Both the position numbers and the translations under genes were made by a program. A model generated the notes under the pieces. It was not told the DNA's origin. It saw nothing but the letters and a program-made list of their open reading frames with translations, and ran no database searches. DNA of 56,324 bases, the filler included, from Sphacelaria rigidula (lineage: Eukaryota): NCBI GenBank assembly GCA_964200075.2. It is 7 parts of 7 records of this genome, joined end to end, with 100 filler letters (N's around TTAATTAATTAA, not from the genome) between each part and the next. Parts side by side here need not be neighbours in the genome. Positions count along the whole stretch, not along the records: positions 24,184 to 32,144 come from CAXNAA020012831.1; positions 32,245 to 40,205 come from CAXNAA020012832.1; 5 more parts are not named here. One strand, 5' to 3'. The first letter of the stretch is position 1. Every line of letters starts with the position of its first letter. This document shows positions 24,373 through 34,969 of this stretch, piece after piece.

Positions 24373-24898
24373 CTCCCTTCCCCTTTTCTTCAGCTTTGTG
24401 CGTCAATATCTCACACGCAACGACTAACATTTAATTTGTATCATATATATGTATATATATATATACATTCACAAGGTTCATCATTGACACCGACGCGATG
24501 TTTAAATTTAAAACTAGCCTGTGGAAGGAACAATGAGACTAACTGCGTAAAAACGGTTAGAGTGTAGATTGCACGCGGTGACCGGACTACAGGCATCGTC
24601 AAATAGCACATGTGCTACCCCACACATCACTACCGAGGACGGTGGTAGTCCACGCGACAGTTCCTCGGAGGGTACGCTGTTTAAAAACCATCCTATACGT
24701 TGAACCACTAGCAAAAAAAAGCTGCGATAATAGCGGTCCGGATGCGGGGGTATATATAAAATACCGGTATGCAGCTGACCCGTTGAAGGGACAAAGTGTG
24801 GGAAGTAATGTCGCGGTGCACCCTCCTCTTCCCCCAGAAAGATGTGATGAGGACCGGAGCAAAATCTATATGTGAGCTAGCTATTCAGACCCAGTCGC

Positions 24899-25056
24899 TG
24901 AAACCAGCTATATCTGCATTTCTCAAAACAGTATTCAAGGAGCGGTTTCTGACGCCGCTATATCTGCATCCCTAATGATATTCTTGAAGACCTGGATTCT
25001 GAAACCAGTCATCTACATTCTTTGTAACCACTTCGAAAACTTGGTTTCTGAATCCA
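24899..25056. repeat. Diverged ~50-bp tandem repeat (3+ units)
   Basis: The pattern TGAAACCAG...ATCT.CAT...GG.TTC recurs at ~24899, 24951, 25000 and 25050. Confidence 0.6.
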
Positions 25057-26625
25057 TTCATCATCACGATACGCTGTGTGACCATGTCTTACAGTTTTTC
25101 ACCTTTTTGGGGCGGGGGGCGGGGGCGGGGAGGGGGGGGGGGCTATCGCGCAGCATTACTTGTGGGGGATATGATGCTGTAGAATGTGCTGCGTACACCA
25201 AGAGTTTGATCTGGATACATCATGCTCATGATGCTACATGGCACAACAGGTGCACGTTCACATGTCCCTTCGTCTTCACGACTGTCTCTTCCTACCGGAT
25301 AGCTTCACGGCAAATCAAGGTCCTTTACTGGCGAGTGTTGAGCTACGCAGCACAAGATTCGCTCACCCGCCCCTCTGCCCTCACAAATATCTCCTCCCAC
25401 AGGATACTTTTCACCACAACCAAGATATTTCGCTGGTGAGAGCTCGGTTTTGCAGTATGGGAAAGAGTGTGGGTACGGAAAAGGAAATCGGCGTGCTCGT
25501 CGAGTCTGTATCGACGTGAGAGCGCAACAGCTTTACTACCTTCCTTCGAATGCTGTTGGATCTGACCCTGTGCCCCAGGGACTGTTGTTTTTTCCCGGAG
25601 CCTTATAGTCAAGTTGGCAACTGACTGGGTGTCCCGACACATAATACCATGCCTCGAGTGTTTGAGTTACCCACATGGATATTGACGGTTACACAATTTT
25701 GGTAGTTGCAGTTCATATGTATAGTCAAGAACCAGATCTCAGTCTCGAGCGGCCCGTGATTACGCCTTGAAGAGCTCTAATACCCGCCTGAAATCGTGAA
25801 GAGGGATCCGTTTTCATAGTGAGAGTTCATTCTCCCGATTTCAGATTGTCGCACGGTTATATCCGCCGTGCTGCTTCGTTGATCCGACCTCTTCCGTACT
25901 CTTTTTGGTTGGCTCCGGGGCGGATCGCGTCACCACAATATGCGTGAATGCTCATGCTCGGGGCATACTCCGGTTGCGGCACCAATTTAGAGCGGCGTTA
26001 TCCATTGCTGTGTGGTTTCTTGCGTCAATATTCTGCTTGCTCCTCACTACCTTCATGTCGAGGTACTTACGAGTCGCCAAGGGGTAGGCGTGACGCCGTA
26101 TGATCAACCGCTGGTGCGAGCGTTGTCTCGAACATCCACGGACAGGTCTTCACCGTCGATCGCACCAAATTGCGACCGCTCCCCTTATTTTTTCAAGGAA
26201 ACCGTTGACCGCACTCGACGAGGTATGGACAATTATTCACGCCTGCGCGGGAACATTCCTTCATCTTATGTATATCACGTCGAGACGTTCAATCCCCGCG
26301 GCTGTCGCGAGACACAGTTGATCTGTGTCGAAATCGTTCCAGGGATATTCAATACCCGAGTAGGGGAGTGATGCTACGAGATGTTTGGAGGGAGTGGGAG
26401 GGGGGTGGGGTGAGGTGGGGGGGGTTGCCTCCACGAAAATAGGAGGTCAAGGGTGGGTCATACAACCAAACTACGGTCGGTGCGTTTATATTTGGGTGAA
26501 AACGGGGTCAACTGAAAGGAGGCCGTCTTACTGGTGACAAGCGCATTGTAACAAATGTTTCTCCTTTCCACCACGATATTATTTATGTATGGTTTCGTGG
26601 AGGAAATGGCCCACAATACCCCAGT

Positions 26626-26843
26626 TGTAAAGCGTAGGAGGACCGCGTGCTTAGGGGACCGCATCGTAATTCAAAACACCTCAGGATCGAGGTTTTCCAA
26701 AATCATTCGGGCCAATCCCTGCAGGGATCACGCCCCTGGACCCTGACCCTAGCCCCAGCACAACAGCTAACCATAAGCATAAGCAAAGGAGTGTTTACAC
26801 TCCGATGCGGTCCCCTAAGCACGCGGTCATCCCACGCATTACA
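26626..26843. mobile_element. MITE (~218 bp) with ~40-bp TIRs and a telomere-like interior
   Basis: TIR core GACCGCGTGCTTAGGGGACCGCATCG / CGATGCGGTCCCCTAAGCACGCGGTC. An inverted second copy lies at 29571-29781. Confidence 0.85.
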
Positions 26844-27379
26844 CCCTTCTCCGGTATCGTAGCACTTCCTGTAGGTATCCGTGGGGTTGAGGATACTGTA
26901 CAATGATACGTAGTAAGTGGGTGCTAATTTGAGTCACGAAAGCAATACTGCGTTTTCTCCGCTGTTGTGCCACGTTCCGAAAAAACGCACACGGTACCTT
27001 GGGAGACACGCTGCTATGGTCTATGAGACGGCTGCAACTTTGGTTGACCTGAAAGAGAATCGAGAAGATGAACGTAATATCATATTATGTATATCAAGAT
27101 GCGTACCATGAAGATCCGGGTTGTTGCCATCAGAAGATGAACGGTTCAATACTGTGTATGTTAAGGGGCCCACGCGCCATCAAGGACCACCCACAAGTTC
27201 TGACTGTGGATACCCATGGGCACGCGTGGGTCCCAAGCCGATGGGCTGATAGGTAAGCCCACAGGCTCCCGAGGATATCTATGAGTGATCACACGTTCTA
27301 CGTTACCCCTCCCCCCGCCCCGATTTGGCAGAATATTATGTTGAACGAAGAAACGGCCATTCGGGGCATCGTAATGACA

Positions 27380-27473
27380 GCTAGTTTCAGGAACCAGGCC
27401 TTACGGTTGATCACGAAGAGTGCAGATAGCTAGTTTCAGGAACTAGGTCTTAAAATTTATCAGAAGAGTGCAG
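27380..27473. repeat. 2 x ~48-bp tandem duplication
   Basis: AGCTAGTTTCAGGAAC.AGG.CTTA...GAAGAGTGCAG occurs twice. Confidence 0.7.
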
Positions 27474-28114
27474 GATTAGCACGAATAACCCCACGCCTAC
27501 AAACACTTCACGAGGTGGATTTTATCTCAGCCCCCATGATATATTTTTGGGGGAAAGATACGATAGAACAAGTCTGATGGCGGAACATGATTCGCCCACT
27601 GATATCCATGAGTCGCGGACGAAACGCCTTGACCGTTTACATACGGTTTCGTTGCTTTACACTGGTAGTGGGCCATTGGCGGGAAATGGAAACGTGATAC
27701 CGATTGACGGCGTTGGTTTTAAGATCCACGATAATATGCGGATCACCATGTCAACGTACATGCAAGAGAGAGAGAGAGAGGCCAATGGATACCATTCTCA
27801 TCGTAGGTAATCAGGTGTGAGGAAATATGAAAGGCGTGTACTTGTGAGCATGAGTTGTCCGTTTCCATCTTTCTGGATGAATGGCGAAGGCATTTCGATA
27901 ATTTACGTTGCCCTAACGGAGATGACTGCCGTTGAGCGCTTGAGTGTCACACATAGATGCCGGTCATGATACCGTGGCAGCTGCTATATTTGTAAACCAC
28001 CGTGCCATCATCCCCTTGACGACTCGCCTCTTTTTCGTACCGTTTCACCTTTTGCACCACAACGTGGCCACATGCGATGTTTTCGCAGGAAGCTCCTGCG
28101 ACTTCGGAGCAAAG

Positions 28115-31100
28115 ATGATGCTTGCCTGTACACTTCTGCTGGTCTCCTGTGGGATAGCGACCGCGGCAAAGTACGATCGGACAGTAGTTAAGCAGGATGA
28201 TACCACATATTGGGTGGATTTCTTCCCCGCTAACGAGAAGAGACCGTACCGAGTAGTTTTCTTCGACGATATGGGTACCCGGTCCAAGTTTAGGTTCAAC
28301 TCCGACGGACTCATCAGAGGGATCAGGGTGGACCAGGAACGATTCTCGGTAAAGTATACTTCTTCAAACGACTTGAAGAGAGTTGAAACCAGGGGATCGA
28401 GATCCCGGGTGCTTGCCATTTACGAGGAGGAAGACGAAGATGAAGGAGAGAAGACCGAGGAGGGGTATCTCACTTTGGGCCAGCGTGAGTTCCACAACCA
28501 TGCCGGCCGACGCCTCAACACCTGCGACGAGTGCAAGGCAACATGGGACATTCTGTGCGACACAGGTATGTAGGCGTTGAGTACGGTATACCCAGGTTGA
28601 GCGGAAACGCTCGCCCTCCTAGCAGCAACCACTGTTCATGTGGTGGTCCATGATAATATCGTCGTGAGCTGGAGTTTTTGTGGACTTGGAACAGATGGTC
28701 GTATGTAGATGTCAGGTTGAGCCGAGAGTCAGGTGACGACTCTCGTAGCGTCCTGACAACGGCCCCCACATTTCAACAGCAGTTAGCCAGATATGGTTAC
28801 CTCAGATGGTGTTCAGCACACAGTTATTCCATTTCCTTTTCTGCCGCGAGAAGGGACGTTGTTTGTCATCGGGTGCTATAGAACCGACAAAGTTGGGCAG
28901 TGCAGACAAAGCATTTGTCACTGGTACCAAAAGTAGAGATCGGTTACCTACTGACTCCATTTGCCTCCCTGTCTGCGATCATCGTGGGACAAACACTCAG
29001 GGGTGGAGTCCGTGTGCGACCTGGTTGGCTACGATGATCCTCTCTCTTCAGCTCCTGTGAAATATTCGGTCGACAGCTTTTGCACCACGTTCGAAGCGGC
29101 GTGCGAGTCTTTCACGGCTGCTGAGACCTGCGTTGAAGAGTGTCCCTCAGGTAACTTATTATGTCGACCTATCTATATCATTGTCGCCTCCATCTCTATA
29201 TCATTGTCGCTACTATCTCTAGCCATAATCCAAGAGTATATACTCCCGCCGTGGTAGCCTCACGAATGCTGGTGGTTTTTGCACATGTCGAGCATATACC
29301 GTGTCGAACAGTGGGGCCGTTCATTAGAGCACAGAGTATTCAAAATTTCATGTCGATTTCGCGAAGCCATTCAAACTGGGGTGATTTCACCCAGCTGCCT
29401 TCTCCCGTATAACATAGAGGGGCCACGATATCAGTTTGAATATATGCATATATATATATGTGTGTGTGTACTTGGTTAGTGCAACAACAGCAGCAGTGTG
29501 GGTGTCGTTCGCTTGCTTCGGATGATACCTGGCACTCCCTCCCAGTGTGGATTTACATGCCTGGCACTCCTGTGATGCGTGAGAGGACCGCGTGCTTAGA
29601 GGACCGCATCGGAATTTGAACAGTCCTGTGGTTTGGGTTAAGGTTAGTGTTAGTGTTGGGGTCAGGGTCAGGGGCGTGGTACCTGCAGGGACTCACCCGA
29701 CAGGTTTTGAAAAACGTCGATCCTGAGGTATTTTGAAGTATGGCGCGGTCCTCTAAGCACGCGGTCCTCTCACGTATTACAACACTCCCTCCCTGTGAAG
29801 GTTTACATGCCTGGCCATCGAATCATGCAGTTGCGATCAAGACGAGATATAAATTCGCATCTCTCCTCATGCACAACAAGACAGTATCGATAGCCACTTT
29901 CACTCCATGCCAGAGAAGAGCTGAACATTTTTCTTCGCCACGTTTTTGCCGGGTACAGAATCAGCAGCAATGACGACGACATCAACAACAACGGATAGCA
30001 CTGGTATCACATACAACGTCTCCCCCGAGGGCGAGCCCTACTCGCTCACCGAAGCCGTAGCGCTAGCTGGGCCTGGTGACACCATCTCCTTGGCAGACGG
30101 CACTTACCGCGAGCCCATTGTAACGAGAGTTGCGGGCGAGGATGGCAACCCGTTGGTATTCGAGGGCGGGCGAGGTGCGGTGATCAGTGCTTTTAGCGGA
30201 GATAGGAGCCTGATGTGGTCTCAAAAGGTGGTGGATATTCGGCACTCGTGGATCACCCTGCGGGTAAGCACAAGAGGGTCTTCGTTGATGCTGGCGGGTC
30301 ACATGTTAGTTATTATGGTGATGGTTGAGGGCGGTAGACTCACCATGTAGGTGGGTACTGGGAACTATTGCGGAGCAGCCACAATCAGTTGGTCTAGTGT
30401 ACACGAGCGCCGATGGTACCGAGAGGACCCCCCCCCCCCCCTGGATAATCCTCTCTGTGACCCCAGCCTTACTTTCTCGACAAAACTCCGCTTCTTGCCC
30501 ATTTGCGATCACAGAGACTTTCGATTCATCTCATCCCGTGACCTCTGTGACTTCTGCGTGTGCCATTCCGGTACGAACACAGGGGTTTACGATCGACGGA
30601 CACTTGGACGATCAGGAAATAGAAGAATCCTTCGTCGACAAGTGCATTTGGGTGGAAGGCCTGGACAAGCCAACGACCGTGGAGTACCGTGGGAAATCGG
30701 TCGAGACCTCTCTCATTGGTTTCTCCATGTACGACATGCACATCAGGAACTGCGGGTACGTCGTCGTTACTGTCCTGCGTAACCTGAAGTTGGGGTTAGA
30801 CAGCTCTTGATGTTGAATGCCTGAACGGCCAATGTGTCATCGAAGTTGCAGTGAGATCGGAGTCCGAGCGGGTGCTCGCGGTCGTTGGGGTATATCACAC
30901 GCGTGAGTCCACCAAATTCGGGTTTTTTCATATTTGTTGTTGAGACATTGTAATCCCTACCTTTGACCGGGGCATAGGGACGCGAAATTCGCCCCGATAT
31001 ATCGATTTTGAGAGACGGGAGCTTCTTTGGTCAGACATTTTGAAAGGGTGCTCGAATTGTTATCACGAGGTCTAGCGGTGTATCCCTCTGAGCAGTGCAG

Positions 31101-31968
31101 TGTACCATGGCACTGCGGGCGTGACTTGTCCACAGCCATCCATCATTTTCGTGGATGGGGCCATTGGCAGCTCACCAGCAGAGAAATGTGGCAAGCAGTA
31201 AACGCAACGTTAAGAACTGATCTAACTGCCTCAGCCTTGTTGGATGTGGAGTAGGGGTTAGGATTAGGGGTACTGCTAGGAGGGCTGGGGGTACTGTTAG
31301 GGCTGGGGGTGCGGTAGGAGCAGGCGTAGCGGGAACTGGCCAGGTGCCAGTAGTAGGACGTGCTACAGTGCAGGGGAGGTGCCACTAGCACGTGCCAGTG
31401 ATACTTGAGGCACCGGTGGGGCATACCAGTACCGCACTGGTATCATGAACGATAGTGGAGACGGCCCTGTCATTGTGTACCAATCAATGGTGGATAACAA
31501 GCTCGACAATAATGGGCAACACCCGACCCTGCATGTTGACCTCTGCACGGCAGCAGCAATCGAGTGCAAGATTTCCCTCTTCATCCTAGCATGATCATTT
31601 ACGAACATGCATATGGTGCGGACCGCGGAAATCTGGTCGATTGCAGGGGTACATGTTCGAGAAGAACAAAAAATGTCACCCAGAAGATGCCGTTTTGAAG
31701 GATCATCAACCTAAACCACCGCACATATTGCCTTCGTGTTAATAATTATTTCCGCTGAATTCCTCACGGAACAAAATGTTCGGTTGCGCGCCCACTACGT
31801 CCTCCCCACGAATACACTCGCAGTATGGAGTGCGTGCGTATGAGGAACTGGGTGACGCACGCGGTAATCGTCGACAACTTCATTGAGGATTGCGGTATCT
31901 ATGACTACCGCTTCCAATTCGACGGAAAGATCGGCGAAGGTGTCTACATCGGGACCTCCAGCAACCAA
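28115..31968 (+). CDS. Secreted protein: signal peptide, N-terminal domain, RRL + Cys-rich module, Thr linker and right-handed beta-helix (pectin-lyase-like/DUF1565-like); 3'-partial
   Basis: Five GT-AG exons, all with compatible phases: 28115-28565, 29001-29150, 29959-30263, 30583-30755 and 31824-31968. The N-terminus is hydrophobic (MMLACTLLLVSCGIATAA). Beta-helix motifs: AGPGDTISLADGTY, WITLRGFTIDG, IRNCGMECVRMR and GEGVYIGTS. The gene runs into the contig end. Confidence 0.85.
29571..29781. mobile_element. MITE (second, inverted copy) in intron 2 of the beta-helix gene
   Basis: TIR CGTGAGAGGACCGCGTGCTTAGAGGACCGC / GCGGTCCTCTAAGCACGCGGTCCTCTCACG. The interior is the reverse complement of 26670-26800. 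Confidence 0.85.
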
Positions 31969-32092
31969 GTAAGCCGACCAAAGCCGACCAACTTGTTGGT
32001 GGTGAGCGCGATTATTAAACTCCGGCCAAGGGGGCAGCGAATTTTTTTTTCAGGACACGTAGGCCCCAAGATCGAAAATTCGAGTTTTTGAT

Positions 32093-32144
32093 GGGGGGGT
32101 GGGGGGGGGCGTACTCATTTATTGCTTGCCTTAGTCGGTTGACC
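32093..32144 (-). mobile_element. 3' end of LINE family A with poly(C) tail, cut by contig end
   Basis: G-run followed by CGTACTCATTTATTGCTTGCCTTAGTCGGTTGACC, matching 9570-9620 and 11388-11430. Confidence 0.8.
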
Positions 32145-32244
32145 NNNNNNNNNNNNNNNNNNNNNNNNNNNNNNNNNNNNNNNNNNNNTTAATTAATTAA
32201 NNNNNNNNNNNNNNNNNNNNNNNNNNNNNNNNNNNNNNNNNNNN
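32145..32244. other. Artificial contig linker
   Basis: N44-TTAATTAATTAA-N44. Confidence 0.98.
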
Positions 32245-32463
32245 GCTAAGATTGTTCGGCGCGAAGCTTACTGATTATCTTGCATTTGGATGACAGCCTC
32301 CAATGAGTTGCTTTATTATCTGGTATCGCCTCTTCTAGAGACAGCCGCCTATACACTGTCTCATGGGTGTTTGTCTCACCGGGGGAAGGAGGCACTATCT
32401 GCAAGGCTTGCACGTGCAATACAAGCCCTCACTTGACCGTCTTTTGCGGTAGAGTTAACCGGC

Positions 32464-32933
32464 GTTGGGCTACAAATGTCCATGGTTGACAATACTTGAA
32501 TTGAGTCTGCACAACGAGAATGGGATGTTTAGAAGGGCTGACAGTTCCATGTGCTCCTCGTGTGCGCAGAACGCTTTTCCGTTGAAATCGACGTCACAGG
32601 CGCCGATTTGGGGTCTTCCAAGGCCGCGTTTTACCCAGGGAATGCTATGTACCGCCCTTGACCGAGGGTTTTCGGTCTGCGTTGAGTTGGGGTTAGGGTT
32701 CGGGGTAGCGAATACTTGTCAAATGTGCACACCCTGGACAATATATGGTCAACGGATGCAATAGACGAGAAGTGTACTGCATAAAGTATAGGCCTATTGC
32801 AACTGTTGCCGGCCCACAATAGTCGCAATAGGCCTATACTTTATGCAGCACGTTTTTTGTCTATTGCAACTAATGACTATATATTGTCCAAGGTGTGGAA
32901 ATATGTCAGTCATGGGGGCATTTGTAGCCCAAC
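32464..32933. mobile_element. MITE-like element with TIR GTTGGGCTACAAATG and a nested 170-bp hairpin
   Basis: GTTGGGCTACAAATG at 32464 pairs with CATTTGTAGCCCAAC ending at 32933. An internal palindrome spans 32728-32897. Confidence 0.65.
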
Positions 32934-33869
32934 ATCAACTGACAAGTCTCGTCTTTTGAGCACGACGGCAAAAAAAGGTGGAAATCACGGGACAGCCTCC
33001 GAACCGGGGAAAGGTTTGACACCATCTATTTTAATCCGGACGGGAAAAATACAAAATATCACCCATGACCATCTTCGAAACGCACGGCAAAGAAAAAGGG
33101 AATAAAAAAATATTCACACATCCAGATTCGAATCGGTTTACAAAAACGAACACGAATGGATGCACATGGCAAATACACGTGTGAGGTCCCACCAAGTGAA
33201 AAACGGCCCCGGTCACCCATGTTCGCGGACGATCGTCTCACGGATAAAGGCGACTCGCGTGCATGAACACAAACGCATCGCGGGTACACTAGCTAGACAC
33301 TGAACTAAATGTCTGATAAATCATTCACCTCTAGCCTGAGAGACCAAAAACAAAATGGAGCTTTTTACGCCCCCTCGATCTGATACGTCGAGATTTCACA
33401 CTGTCAATAACCCACAGATCTGAGTATCTTGAACTGTTTACACGCCCCGCCATCCCGTACAACAACCTCCGCTCGAAATTTTTGCAAGGATCGGACGAAT
33501 CATTGCTGGTTCGAATCGCCAAATCCACGATTTTATTTTAGGCCTGATTGGTCGAAAGAGGGGACGAGGTTCATCGCGGATCAAAAACGTCTACACGCAA
33601 ATTCTGCGCTATATCACGTGCTTGGTATGCGCATATCTAGTGTGCAACATAGAAAAACAGGGCCTGAGGATTGATGAGTGCGGTACGGATCAAGCACACT
33701 ACAGGCTAGGCCGCCGAAGACGCCTAGAGGAATATTGACACGCGATTATACTCCTCAATTTTGGGTCGTTTTCAACAATTTCTTGACACGATATACAGGA
33801 CGTATGTGCGAAGACCCCATTTTCTCTCCCCTACATTATTATTATTTTTCTCCCGTGAGTTATTTGCGA

Positions 33870-34430
33870 TGTAGTTCCGAAAACTGTTCCGAAATAATCC
33901 GTCGCCAATAACTTGCGAATAAGAAAAAAAATGTAGGGGAGGAGTAATGTGGTCTTCGCACGTACGTCCTGCACATCGTGTCTAAATTTCATAGTAAACG
34001 ACCAAAAATTGAGCAGTGTCATTGTGTTTTCGTGTCGGGAACCGGTTCCCACGTGCAGATGGACCAGCCACGACGGGAACAGGAGACTCTGGACCGCGGT
34101 TACTCTGTTCAATTTCAACTTTTTTTCTCAAACGTTCGATAAGATGTGCGTGAGCTATGCTCAAAAACCCTGCCCCCCCCCCCCCCTCTTGATTTTTTTC
34201 AATGGGTTGTCGAGGATTTTGTCCCGGAAAACTGTTCCGAAATTTGGATTACCGATAAATCACGAGGAAAAAAAAAAAGTGAAGGGATGACAGTAGGGGC
34301 TTTGCACATACCTTGTGTACACCGTATTAAAATTTCATAGTAAACGACTTACAATTGAGCAGCGAAACGCGCTTTTCTGGTGAGAACCGGTTGGCTTGAT
34401 TTGAGAGTGCACGATCCTCAGCCGGAAATT
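33870..34430. repeat. Diverged ~345-bp direct repeat
   Basis: GAAAACTGTTCCGAAAT occurs at ~33880 and ~34227. AAATTTCATAGTAAACGAC...AATTGAGCAG occurs at ~33984 and ~34330. Confidence 0.6.
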
Positions 34431-34969
34431 TGACGTTTTTTACAAGCTTTCTCCTTCTCCACCCACTGCTCACCGGTTCACACACTACTACCAGACGCCT
34501 TGGGGCGCTGGAGGTCTCGTCTGCGTGCCATCTCAGACTCTGTGCGCCTACAGTACGACATGCATTGTTGTACAACCAACAACCACAACGTGTGCAGCAC
34601 CACCACTTTGCGGTCGCGGCACTACCGACTGGAACCGAAAATACGATTGCAGCTATTTCTTTGCCCTAATTCCGCCGCACATGTCACCCTCAACTCTCTA
34701 CACTTCGCAGCTGACTACAGCTTGGTATTTCGTTTAATGGGAAACTGTCGGATCGCAGTGCCACGTGGATTAAAAGACGCGTGCTGATTTGAAGATCACC
34801 ACGATGTGTTAAGTAGGCATAACTCGCGATTATCGTCAGTTAGAACGGGCTGAAGAAAAGTCCACATCTTCGGCGGCCCAGCGTGTAGAAACAAGTCATC
34901 TTCAGACGAATCACAATAATTCCGACCCTTGGAATATTGTACGAATAGGGGGGGGGGGGAGTATATTAC

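Noticed and set aside
29959..31968. Mannuronan C5-epimerase call
   Set aside because: It shares a beta-helix fold, but the epimerase-specific motifs were not recognised in the exons present.
34470..34550. Further ATG11 exon
   Set aside because: The best acceptor gives an immediate stop in the required phase, and the alternative shows no ATG11 resemblance.
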